From: an uncultured delta proteobacterium
GTDB taxonomy: Bacteria > Desulfobacterota > Binatia > UBA9968
Length of the DNA: 54,000 bases
Reading direction: 5' to 3'
NCBI GenBank assembly: GCA_963737905.1
Contig: CAVTUQ010000020.1
Coordinates: forward strand, 1 to 54,000
The notes beneath the pieces were generated by a model. It made no database searches. It was given only the letters and a program-made list of their open reading frames with translations, and was not told the DNA's origin. Every line of letters begins with the position of its first letter. Position 1 is the stretch's first letter. Position numbers and translations under genes: made by a program. Below, piece by piece: positions 1 through 8,208 of this stretch.

Positions 1-129
1 TTATTTTGACCTTGAGGTAATCACGCTGTCCCAAAACCCGTGGACGTCCATCGGTTGTCCTGCCTGCGTCACCCGAACGCAGATTTCGTTGCCGCCTCTG
101 TCGCCCTTGGGATACTCAACAGTGAATAG
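1..129 (-). pseudogene. S1/P1 nuclease internal fragment (copy A)
   Basis: Minus strand reads LFTVEYPKGDRGGNEICVRVTQAGQPMDVHGFWDSVITSRSK*. It contains the S1/P1 'DRGGN...H..WD' motif and is collinear with the fragment at 14515-15037. No start codon or N-terminal half. Confidence 0.8.
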
Positions 130-381
130 CTAGACGATATAGCGGACCGCCAGCCTTGCACTTTTTCCGCTGGGAGACTCCTTTAGGATTGAATCCCCGG
201 GACGCATGAGCTTTATCATCACATCACAACAAACCGACATACCGCGGTCAGAGCTGGAAAAATTCGGTAACTGCTTCTGGAGGCTGTTTGATTCCACGTC
301 AATGTAAGATTTCCCGCTCTGTCTGGCGAAGTTTAGAATAGCCGCGAGACGGTTTTGTATCTCCCATGCAGTAGGTGCCAT
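130..381 (-). CDS. Small hypothetical protein (paralog of 9643-9912)
   Basis: ATG with GGAGG SD. Aligns end to end with 9643-9912 (PTAW..N.L.AILN.A..SGK.Y.D.ES.SL...MS.C.D.M...MRPGD..L.ES..G..A.L..RY). Confidence 0.8.
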   Translation of the reverse strand: MAPTAWEIQNRLAAILNFARQSGKSYIDVESNSLQKQLPNFSSSDRGMSVCCDVMIKLMRPGDSILKESPSGKSARLAVRYIV

Positions 382-433
382 AGCTTCCTCCTTGTGGTTG
401 AGTACCGATTCGACAAGACTGACTTACTTGGTT

Positions 434-961
434 TCAATTGTAGCGGTGAGACCGGTGAACGTGGTTACGCGGTTTGGTCAATGGCGCATGGCCTTCTGCA
501 AATTCTTGTCGCTGAGTTTTACCCGCTCCCGCCGAAGGCGCACTTGAACTGATAAAAACGGCAATGTTTTTTTCCGGCCCTGGTTCTGTTGACGATCGAG
601 CACTGACAGGCTGCTCGGGAGTCACTTTGCCCAAATGACTTTTCGCCGCTTCGATCATGCCGTCACGTTTAGGAAGGATTGCGCGACTCAAGCGCCGGAG
701 ACGATTATCAACCCACAATTCGCTGCGCCTCAGCGCCCAGGTCACCGCTTCTTCTTCGGTGGCGCAGCGCTTGGAGAATTGGACAAACTTAGAATCATGA
801 GAAGACCCCGCGAACCAGTTGATATCGGCTTGCGGCGCCCAGCCATTCGCGATGGTATTGTAGGTCGGGAAGGCCATAATCACATAATTGCGGTACAGGT
901 GACTCCACATGGTGGTTAACTCCTCTCTGGGATGGTTAAACGACTGCGCCTTATCTTTCAC
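434..961 (-). CDS. Hypothetical protein with CV_2116-like N-terminal domain
   Basis: Y..Y.I.....W....I.W...(F/C).T.EEA...AL...W VD pattern shared with 13230-13442 and 6244-6480. The true start may be the internal ATG (MWSHLY). Confidence 0.55.
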   Translation of the reverse strand: MKDKAQSFNHPREELTTMWSHLYRNYVIMAFPTYNTIANGWAPQADINWFAGSSHDSKFVQFSKRCATEEEAVTWALRRSELWVDNRLRRLSRAILPKRDGMIEAAKSHLGKVTPEQPVSARSSTEPGPEKNIAVFISSSAPSAGAGKTQRQEFAEGHAPLTKPRNHVHRSHRYN

Positions 962-1032
962 GTTGGAGGGGCCGCGATAAGTGGATCAGCCGACCACCTT
1001 AACACCCACCCGCGTGTAAAGCTGCTTCGAAA

Positions 1033-1254
1033 TTAAATTCCAAGTCGCGGACGGTGACTCTCTCGGTTTCGAGCTGATGCGGCTTGTTTGCGTCTAACAC
1101 TGATTTCCTCCGCATGAAGGTGAAATCTTTTTGCCTCCAAAAAACAGAGGGTGCAAACAACCATATCAAGCAGGCTAATGCCTTCATCTTCGCTCGTAAC
1201 GCGATAGACGTTACCTACAATCAACTCGCCGCAATGCTGACAAGTGTGATTCAT
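1033..1254 (-). CDS. Small Zn-finger protein (CxxC...CxxC)
   Basis: MNHTCQHCGE...VCTLCF. Start moved to ATG 1254 because the upstream in-frame ATG lies inside a sigma54-type promoter. Confidence 0.6.
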   Translation of the reverse strand: MNHTCQHCGELIVGNVYRVTSEDEGISLLDMVVCTLCFLEAKRFHLHAEEISVRRKQAASARNRESHRPRLGI

Positions 1255-1268
1255 GATTTTCTTCACTG

Positions 1269-1283
1269 GCAAGCAAGATGCCA
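1269..1283 (-). promoter_or_regulatory. Putative sigma54 (-24/-12) promoter
   Basis: Minus strand TGGCAT-CTTGC-TTGC, i.e. GG-N10-GC, just upstream of ATG 1254. Confidence 0.55.
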
Positions 1284-1488
1284 TATCGGACTAATTTATT
1301 AACGGACAGTGGATGGGTAGATGCGCCCCTTTGATGGATTACAAGGGAATCCTTGTCTAGCAAACCAAGAAATAACTTTTTCGGTCGGTTCTGTAGATGG
1401 AGGGAATTGCCTTCGTTTTATAATCTGTGTAAGAAAATTACATACAAACTCCGTCGTCAATTGCAGGCTGTTTCGCGTTGAGAGGGTA

Positions 1489-1745
1489 TTACTGTAGCGT
1501 GCGAGAAAGTCTGATTGCTTCTTCGATCTCGGCTGTGCTTCAGGACAGTACATCTCAGCAGCAGCGAGAATCATTCGTGCATGAAATTTGTCGCAGAGGA
1601 TTTCAACCGTCCTGAATTCGTTGCCTGCTTCAAAATGGTGAATGACAAGACCGTTTTTTAGAATGGCGTAAATGCTGGACTCCTCGGTAAACTGACTTAA
1701 CAGGCGGTCATAGTGTTCTGTCGAAATGTCGATCAGTATTTTCAC
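1489..1745 (-). pseudogene. Small hypothetical protein, probably frameshifted near 1535
   Basis: Reads MKILIDIS...MYCPEA. A protein-like ending AEIEEAIRLSRTLQ* follows in a shifted frame (stop 1489-1491). The unshifted 148-aa ORF continues into non-protein-like sequence. Confidence 0.5.
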
Positions 1746-1784
1746 GGCGTTAGGATCATCAATCTCCGTGAGCCGCCTGGGTGA

Positions 1785-2051
1785 TCAGTTAGCTGGAACT
1801 AAAAAATTTTTTGGTGGTTGTCTTTCTGTGTAGATCTCCTACCCGTTGCCGGACAGGTGATACTCATGCGGGAAAGTTTGGCTAGGCTTTGCTAGAAGAT
1901 TTCTATCTTTGTAAACGTGCCCGATGCTTTGCTTCTCAACAGGGCTGTCTTTCAGGATAACGGAAACCGCCATGTCATGTGTCCCGCCGCATTTATTGCA
2001 CAGGGCAAAGATACTGTACTAAGCTGCTGAGTTGTTCGTAGTCGATGCCAT
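1785..2051 (-). pseudogene. Degraded small metal-binding protein (CxxC..H...C)
   Basis: ATG 2051, TAG at codon 11 (2019-2021), then YSIFALCNKCGGTHDMAVSVILKDSPVEKQSIG. After frameshifts it reads SITCPATGRRSTQKDNHQ and FLVPAN*. Confidence 0.5.
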
Positions 2052-2121
2052 TGACTCTTGTCTGCCGAGTTTTAGCTGCATCGTCCCCCCGGTTATCGTC
2101 TGTTGCTGTCCGTCAGGTTAG

Positions 2122-2156
2122 ATTTCCACAATACTTGTGGATAAACCTGTGAGTAA
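2122..2156. promoter_or_regulatory. Cluster of three DnaA boxes (DARS-core-like)
   Basis: ATTTCCACA (2122-2130, +), 5 bp, TGTGGATAA (2136-2144, perfect box on -), 3 bp, TGTGAGTAA (2148-2156, -). The outer boxes each have 1 mismatch to TTWTNCACA. Confidence 0.7.
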
Positions 2157-2240
2157 GTGGCTTAGTAACCTCGTTATGCGGCCCATCCAGAGCATACGTC
2201 CACCAGATTGCCCAATTAATGAACAGTTAAATCTTCGATA

Positions 2241-2253
2241 AATCAATCAATTA
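2241..2253 (+). promoter_or_regulatory. IHF-binding consensus site
   Basis: AATCAA-TCAA-TTA matches WATCAAN4TTR exactly, in AT-rich context 85 bp from the DnaA boxes. Confidence 0.5.
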
Positions 2254-2451
2254 TCATCTTACCAACTTTCGTGCTTCAAGCGAGTTGACAAATGATAGCA
2301 ACTCTTACCATTCATATATTTGTCAGTTTCAGGAAGTTCTAAGGAAACCAGAGATTTTGCAAGAATTTCATGAGCTGCCCATGCCTAATTCTTAGACAGA
2401 AACTACAACAGGCGAGTTGTACGGTCGAACTTGGAGAATTAATGTGAAGTG

Positions 2452-2620
2452 ATGGCAGTTTAGCCGCCCGATCGTGTCCCAAATGCCGAAATTATTTCGG
2501 TGTTGTCATTGGGGAGTCGCAAAGCGAAACCAACGTGCGACCCATACGCGGTCGTTGCGCTATGTGTGGACGAAGTCATCTGGACGCTTCTTCCTGGCCA
2601 TGGCTCAATCGACCATCGAT
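2452..2620 (+). pseudogene. Zn-ribbon (CxxC...CxxC) family stub, copy 1
   Basis: RSCPKCRNYFGVVIGESQSETNVRPIRGRCAMCG is homologous to 6481-6635. ATG 2452 is out of frame and there is a further frameshift after the second CxxC. Confidence 0.6.
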
Positions 2621-2729
2621 AAAATCCCGCCAGGACCAAAGCTCGGATGCACTAACGGCCCCGAGAGTTGATCTACCGCCGTTAGTCATGGTTCTTTTCT
2701 TCCTCATCAATTTGAACTAAAAAGATTGT

Positions 2730-3131
2730 ATGCGACTGTCAGGTAGTACTAGACCTATAATGTTCGTTTTTATACTCGCCATCGGCATTACCTTGACTTT
2801 ACCCTATCTCGCTTTTGGTGCCGCTCGCTCTTTCGGCGGCTCGGGGAGATTCAGGGGTTCTACAATAAGCCGGCAACATTCCTTTTCTCGCCCTTTCAAT
2901 CGCTTTGGTTTAGTGCCTTTTAACGGCCTTGGAGGGTTTGGTGTAGGTGGGTTCATCGACGAGCAGCCAGTTATCATTATTCAGCAGTTTCAGTCTCCGG
3001 CAGCTACTGAACCCAGGGAACCTGCCACAAACAGAATTTACGTTCAGCCGCGCTGGGTGGATGGTGGGTATGGAGTACAGGTCTTACAGCCAGGATACTG
3101 GGCCGAGCCGAAGCAATCGACAAAGCGTTGA
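2730..3131 (+). CDS. Secreted Gly/Phe-rich hypothetical protein
   Basis: Hydrophobic signal-like N-terminus, Gly-rich low-complexity middle, C-terminal YVQPRWVDGGYGVQVLQPGYW. Confidence 0.65.
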   Translation: MRLSGSTRPIMFVFILAIGITLTLPYLAFGAARSFGGSGRFRGSTISRQHSFSRPFNRFGLVPFNGLGGFGVGGFIDEQPVIIIQQFQSPAATEPREPATNRIYVQPRWVDGGYGVQVLQPGYWAEPKQSTKR

Positions 3132-3200
3132 CCGCTGAAAAAGTCTTCGGCAAGATAGCTCGAAGAAAAGTGGCGAGTGGCTAAATGGCACACCCACTAA

Positions 3201-3341
3201 CCCCAGGAACAGCGTCACGAAGAGCGCTACGTAGTAACCTTTTCAGGTGGTCCGATCTTTAACAACAAGGAACAAGCCGAGCAGCACGGACTCAAGGTGT
3301 GCAAGGAGTGGGTTGATAAGGGGCGGGATAAACGTCCTTGA
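3201..3341 (+). pseudogene. CV_2116-like small-protein stub
   Basis: VVTFSGGPIFNNKEQAEQHGLKVCKEWVDKGRDKRP* matches the C-terminal motif of 13230-13442 (FPTDMEAEEHAVELAKHWVNN). In-frame TAA at 3198, no start. Confidence 0.55.
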
Positions 3342-3579
3342 CCCTCTAATAACCCGAAGCTATAAGTGCCTGGATTATGCGTGGGGCGCTACGACTATTT
3401 CCCCGGAACTTCAAAATTCATCCAACTTGGCGGAGTCTAGATTTCAGGAGTGGCGCGTCTACCAGAGGAAACGCGGCCTTTTCTTTTCTAGCGAGGCCCT
3501 TAGTTTCCACACGCTTAAAAAATGTTAACAGGTGAGGAACAGCAAGCAATTCCAGAAAGGCGGATTTTTATGTCCGCTC

Positions 3580-4617
3580 TTAGGCCGCAATCTGACGACG
3601 GCGATAGTCCAAAGGGGTTGAACCGGTCCAGCGTTTGAATGCGCGATTGAAGGCACTGACTTCGGAATAGCCAAGCAGAAAGGCAATTTCCGTAAGTGTG
3701 TTTTTGCGGTCCTTTAGGTAGTGGGTTGCAAAACGCCTGCGTGTATCGTCGGTCAGTTTCTTAAAATCAACACCATATTCCTTCAGCTGCCTTTGTAGCG
3801 TGCGCGAGCTCATGGCCATTTTCTTTGCCACCCGTGTGAGAGTTGGGTCTCCATCTCTCATCGACTCCGCGATAGACTTTCGAACCAAGGCAAGGAGGCT
3901 GTCCTCTCGCGGCATTTCGTTTAATACACTTTCGAGGTAACGCTTCAAGATCCGATAAAGCCGTGGATCAGCGGCCGGTATTTCTCGCTCTACAAATTCG
4001 CGTCCGACAATAAACGCATTGGTTTCACAACCGAACGAAACGGGAGCGCCAAAAACCCGGTGATGTTCTGCAATCTGACCTGGAGCCTGATGTGCAAACT
4101 GCACTTCTTGCGGCGTCCACTGGCTGCCTAACATAATGCGCAGAGTGTTCAGCGCGACTGTCATACTGCATTCATTGTGTTGTCGCGGGGCTTTGATACC
4201 CAAGTCGGTTAACAGAAATCTTATATAACCCAAATTCCCTTCGATAGTAAAAAACCACTTAGCTGCTTGATTGAAAACATGATAGTAACGCTCTACGTTG
4301 ACTATCCAGGCTGCAATCGTGGGGGAGTTCAAGAAGACATAGATCAACGGGCCGAGGTTCTTAGGGTTGGAACGTTCGCCAAAATGCAGTCCGAAACAGT
4401 CATCAGCCGTTGCCCGGGCGGCTTCTTCCAAAAGCCGGGCGAAACTGGCACTCGCGATGAATCCTTCAGGATTGGAAAAGGCCGAGCGGTCTAATCCGAT
4501 CGTACGCAAAACGTGATCCGGATTGCCACGAGCCGCCGTGATGGCATCAAACAAGCCGGTCGTAGCGGCGATAGAGATCATCGGTCTTCCGCGCACAGAC
4601 TCAGGCCTCTTCTTCAT
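3580..4617 (-). CDS. AraC family transcriptional regulator (N-terminal ligand-binding domain plus HTH)
   Basis: C-terminal VAKKMAMSSRTLQRQL...LTEIAFLLGYSEVSAFNRAFKRWTGSTP; N-terminal FGLHFGE-type domain. Confidence 0.92.
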   Translation of the reverse strand: MKKRPESVRGRPMISIAATTGLFDAITAARGNPDHVLRTIGLDRSAFSNPEGFIASASFARLLEEAARATADDCFGLHFGERSNPKNLGPLIYVFLNSPTIAAWIVNVERYYHVFNQAAKWFFTIEGNLGYIRFLLTDLGIKAPRQHNECSMTVALNTLRIMLGSQWTPQEVQFAHQAPGQIAEHHRVFGAPVSFGCETNAFIVGREFVEREIPAADPRLYRILKRYLESVLNEMPREDSLLALVRKSIAESMRDGDPTLTRVAKKMAMSSRTLQRQLKEYGVDFKKLTDDTRRRFATHYLKDRKNTLTEIAFLLGYSEVSAFNRAFKRWTGSTPLDYRRRQIAA

Positions 4618-4642
4618 CCTTTGCTCCAAGTCGCTGTCGGTG

Positions 4643-4987
4643 TCAATCGGAAACCGGATGATTAAGCCCGTGCGTAAACATTGACCGAGAAACCCGCGTC
4701 AAGCACCTGGTGGGAAGCCGTCGTTGCATCATTCCCGCTGATGGTTTCTACGAGTGGCGCAAGGAAGGCAAGCGCAAGGTCCCGATGTGGGTTCATCTCA
4801 AGACTAAGGAGCCGTTCGAACACCTTTCGTGAAAGCCAAGTCAGTGTTAAAAACTAATCCCGAAGAACTGATGGACGCTCACGACGTTTCACCAATCGTC
4901 AACTCGGCGAAGTACGACGGCCCCGAGTGCATCAAACCGGTTTCCGATGACGAGATACCTAGCGACAGGCAGTTGCCCCTGTTGTAA
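4643..4987 (+). pseudogene. SOS response-associated peptidase (SRAP/YedK) remnant
   Basis: IGNRMI-ARA*TLTEKPA-KHLVGSRRCIIPADGFYEWRKEGKRKVPMWVHLKTKEPF joined directly to the C-terminal LKTNPEELMDAHDVSPIVNSAKYDGPECIKPV...QLPLL*. Has frameshifts, a nonsense codon and an internal deletion. Confidence 0.85.
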
Positions 4988-4998
4988 GCAAAATTAAA

Positions 4999-5376
4999 TT
5001 ACTTGAGCACTTTGTCCGCTCTTGCCAGCACGTTTGGCGGAATCGTTACGCCGATTTGCTTGGCAGCCTTAAGGTTAATGATCAACTCAAACTTCGTTGG
5101 CTGCTGCACAGGGAGATCACCCGGCTTTGTACCCTTAAGAAGCTTATCCACATAGGTGGCAGCGCCCCGGTAGTTTTCAGTAATGTCCGGCCCATAGGAC
5201 ATGAGCCCGCCCGCCTCCACAAATTCCCTACCTGGATAAATCGCTGGCAGCCGAGTCTTTGCCGCAAGGTCCGCGATCTGCCCTCGATAAGTAAAATTTC
5301 TACCTGTCAGCGCGATAAGACCATTTGCACGCCCTTTGGTCATCGCGGAGAAAGCGTTCTCCAAATCGTTTGGTTC
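4999..5376 (-). pseudogene. ABC transporter substrate-binding protein (PF04392-like), C-terminal fragment
   Basis: GGLMSYG...YVDKLLKGTKPGDLPVQQPTKFELIINLKAAKQIGVTIPPNVLARADKV is homologous to the C-terminal third of 15122-16105. N-terminal part is absent. Confidence 0.85.
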
Positions 5377-5539
5377 CGGCTCTATGCGATCCGCGATAAT
5401 CGACGAACCGTTATCGCTCGCCGAAGTCGGTACCTCAAAATTCCTGTAAGGATATGTTGAGTTCTTCTGCTTCGCTCAAGAGAGACTCCACGATACCGCT
5501 CAGCAAAACAACTGATGTACAGTCATACAAAATTTAACC

Positions 5540-5569
5540 TTGACAGGTCAGTTGGGAACTAACTACGAT
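5540..5569 (+). promoter_or_regulatory. Putative sigma70 promoter
   Basis: TTGACA-N18-TACGAT upstream of CDS 5655. The leader has a hairpin GCTCCTC-N5-GAGGAGC and a GGGAGG SD. Confidence 0.5.
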
Positions 5570-5654
5570 TTCGCCTGAGTGGGTAGAAGGGCTCCTCGAT
5601 TAGAGGAGCGACGCGAACAGTGAAGACCGTTGATGTTTCGAAGGGAGGCAGTAT

Positions 5655-6098
5655 ATGCGACGCTATTTGGCTCTCATGACCGTGTTTTTTCTAGGGGCAG
5701 TACTCGTTGTGCGCCTATGGGCGCAACCACCGGGAAAGAACACTTCAAAAACATTTCAGGGATACTGGATGGGTGTCGATCCTCTGGATGGAGGTGATTC
5801 GCGCCGTAGTCTCGTGCAACAGCCAAACGGGACATTTGCCATGGCCGGGCGCGATTCTTATCTGACGCTGTGTGATAACACGGACCGCGGTCTTATCGCC
5901 TTCGACGACGGCGTTGTGGTTGGCCGTGGAGTGATGAGCACTGACAACCTAAAGATTACCTGTTTCAACACTGGCGCCGTAGTGCTGTTGAAAGCGAGGT
6001 ACGTGTTGATCGACGACAGTGTGATGACCGAAGTGGTGACCGCTCAGGACGGAACTCCAGTGGATACGATTATCTTTCACAAAGTGAGCCAAGAATAG
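5655..6098 (+). CDS. Secreted hypothetical protein (predicted beta-rich, two Cys)
   Basis: Strong SD, signal peptide, 147 aa. Confidence 0.8.
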   Translation: MRRYLALMTVFFLGAVLVVRLWAQPPGKNTSKTFQGYWMGVDPLDGGDSRRSLVQQPNGTFAMAGRDSYLTLCDNTDRGLIAFDDGVVVGRGVMSTDNLKITCFNTGAVVLLKARYVLIDDSVMTEVVTAQDGTPVDTIIFHKVSQE

Positions 6099-6149
6099 CT
6101 ACGAAGAAATTCGTAGGATGGGTTAAGGTGCTTTGCGCCGATACCCATT
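6099..6149 (+). repeat. GTAG-type REP-like palindrome
   Basis: GTAG followed by the stem ATGGGT...ACCCAT with inner GGTGC/GCGCC hairpin; overlaps a CTACGAA/TTCGTAG hairpin right after the stop codon. Confidence 0.45.
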
Positions 6150-6243
6150 GAAGCAAGGCCGTTTTACGGACATGCAGTCATACACGGGTTCACGGCCAAG
6201 ATGTGAAGCGCCGGAGAAGGAGAAATAGGTTTCACCGGCAATA

Positions 6244-6480
6244 ATGCAGCCGTACAAGGGATACTTCATAACGAGCAGTGCGATGCCGGTTCATCCGTTT
6301 AGCCCGGACTGGTATGTTGGCGGAAGTGTTTTGGTGCCCGGTCGCGGTAGTTCAATCGTGGAGATCACGCGCTTTCAGCTTCAACAGTTCACCGTAAGCA
6401 TCAAAGAGCTGGCGGAATGGTTCGGGCTTGAGGTTTCGCGGCTGGTGGTGGACGAATGCCTGGCTCCGCGACGGAATTGA
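6244..6480 (+). CDS. Small hypothetical protein (CV_2116-like pattern)
   Basis: MQPYKGYFI...W...AEWFGLEVSRLVVD; abuts the Zn-ribbon gene at 6481. Confidence 0.65.
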   Translation: MQPYKGYFITSSAMPVHPFSPDWYVGGSVLVPGRGSSIVEITRFQLQQFTVSIKELAEWFGLEVSRLVVDECLAPRRN

Positions 6481-6635
6481 ATGGCAAAGTATCTCCAACG
6501 CTCCTGCCCCAAGTGTAACGGCTATTTGGGAATCGTAGGTCCCCGAACGTAAGGTTAAGATACCTGTGGAGGCGATCAACGGACGGTGCGTGAAATGTGG
6601 TTATCGGCTTGGGTGGGTGTTGGTTTTAGGGGAAC
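6481..6635 (+). pseudogene. Zn-ribbon family gene, frameshifted (copy 2)
   Basis: MAKYLQRSCPKCNGYLGIV, frameshift near 6538, then VPERKVKIPVEAINGRCVKCGYRLGWVLVLG. Confidence 0.7.
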
Positions 6636-6784
6636 GTTCCAATCCTTCGAGTTTGTCTGAGGCGTCGTTCGTTCAATCTCACGCTGTAGGCTTTGTGATT
6701 TGTGGGCTTACCATGCGACGCGTTTTGGTCCGTCTCGGACACTTTTCCGACACGCTTAGAGCAGCCGTTGGACTTGCTGAGTTA

Positions 6785-7030
6785 CGGCTCGGCTGAGTGC
6801 TCGGTTGCATGCTCTACCGGACTCAACTTCGCGTTCGGCGCGCCAACACGCCATGGAAGCGGATCAGATGTAAGCGCGAGCGGGGCACCAGCGCGGCGAG
6901 TCGCTGCACGAATTCCAGCGGCAACATGCCGATATGGGTGGTGCCATCTTTGTATGAACTCTTTAGTTGCAACACGACTTGGCCTGCTCGATTACATTTG
7001 AGCCGTTCGTTGGCGATCGCGGGGCGGGCA
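6785..7030 (-). mobile_element. IS91/ISCR-family rolling-circle transposase fragment
   Basis: RPAIANERLKCNRAGQVVLQLKSSYKDGTTHIGMLPLEFVQRLAALVPRSRLHLIRFHGVLA, then a frameshifted PNAKL; typical ISCR/IS91 C-terminal region. Confidence 0.85.
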
Positions 7031-7212
7031 AGGATGATTGCACCTGTGGGCCACCCCGTCGTCCCCACGTGCGCATTTGTGCGCCTCTGCATCAGCCCAG
7101 CCGCGAGAGGTCTGTAGGATGCGGACCTGTCAATCTCTACGTCGGCCTTTCACCCGGCTGCTCGTCCAAACTCGAAGATGAATCAATGTGGCCCAGGTGG
7201 CGCAATCCCAGG

Positions 7213-7683
7213 CTATCGATCGAATCCCAATCCAACGCTTACAAAGAGAAACTCGGCCGGTCCGAGAGGCTGAGGGTCAAAATTGTCTGGATAGTTTGCA
7301 TGTATTGAGACACCTAGGCCGAACTTAAATGTCCTTGGTGGAGATAGTGGCAGAGTCAAGGTCTGCCAACCGGTTACAGGGCCCGCAGTTAAGCCTTCAA
7401 AGGAGTGCACTAATTGTTCGCCGTCGCGCAATCCGACTTTGTCAATGACTCCGGCTCTGCCTCGGATGGTATATCGGAGCATAACAGAAGATATGCGCCA
7501 GCCTTCAGTGACATTTGGAGTTGGTACAGAAGCTAACACCCAATTGTCTTGAGCTTCGACTAGTATCAGTTTGGAGTACAGAGTACTCCGTGAAAAAGTA
7601 CCGACCTGTGGTCTCTCTACGTTAAGTGCATGGCCGAAAATCCATCTTTGATCAGTTGCCATCGGTTGCTCCCTCTCCATCAA
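7213..7683 (-). CDS. DUF6623-like hypothetical protein
   Basis: W.(F/H)G....VE.P...NW....PTP...VMLR...DG...GLGVS pattern recalled from DUF6623 proteins. Confidence 0.6.
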   Translation of the reverse strand: MMEREQPMATDQRWIFGHALNVERPQVGTFSRSTLYSKLILVEAQDNWVLASVPTPNVTEGWRISSVMLRYTIRGRAGVIDKVGLRDGEQLVHSFEGLTAGPVTGWQTLTLPLSPPRTFKFGLGVSIHANYPDNFDPQPLGPAEFLFVSVGLGFDR

Positions 7684-7813
7684 GAATAGGAAATTTAAAC
7701 ACCCTTTTTCGCTGATGGGCTTATATCGCCGAGCCGGCGAGTAGTCAATCGCACGAGTACAGTAACACCTTCGAGCCTTGACTCAATCTGCTAGGTGGCG
7801 TTATACGCCACGA

Positions 7814-8018
7814 ATGAAGCTCAGAGACATCATAGAGTGGTCTGTACGTTGGTCAACCCCTTCCGGCACAATGGAGGAAGACGCGCCCGTATTTCGGTTC
7901 GATGAGAGTATCGCGTGACATATATAACCGCGTCCTTGAGTTTCTAAAGCGTAACCATGGACGCAAACTCCGCGAAGTCATGGATGCAGACATTGACATC
8001 TCCGACGTGATTCAATAG
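7814..8018 (+). pseudogene. Degraded small hypothetical gene
   Basis: MKLRDIIEWSVRWS... and, in another frame, EFLKRNHGRKLREVMDADIDISDVIQ*. Preceded by a TTGACT...TATAC promoter-like sequence. Confidence 0.3.
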
Positions 8019-8022
8019 TCCC

Positions 8023-8088
8023 ATGGCGAAATATCTCCACGGCTCCTGTCGCAAGTGTGGCGACCATTTGGGGATCGTGGTCCGAGGC
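8023..8088 (+). pseudogene. Zn-ribbon family stub, N-terminal half (copy 3)
   Basis: MAKYLHGSCRKCGDHLGIVVRG; nucleotide similarity to 6481-6540; second CxxC missing. Confidence 0.7.
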
Positions 8089-8208
8089 TTAGGAGATAAT
8101 CCCACGATCGATCGAGTACGGCTCAGTTACGAACCCCGCCTTTCATGCTTGTCACGGAGCGTCGGGTTTTGTAAAAGGAGCTGACTTCTCCCAATAAATT
8201 AATTTCCA

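Noticed and set aside
2122-2400. Chromosomal oriC
   Set aside because: Only three boxes, no dnaA, dnaN or gidA context, and it lies in an accessory region.
2671-2682. ops-like GGCGGTAG on the minus strand
   Set aside because: Lacks the downstream TG, is far from the NusG paralog and does not lead a long operon.
3247-3528. 93-aa ORF
   Set aside because: No SD or motif; overlaps the CV_2116-like stub in another frame.
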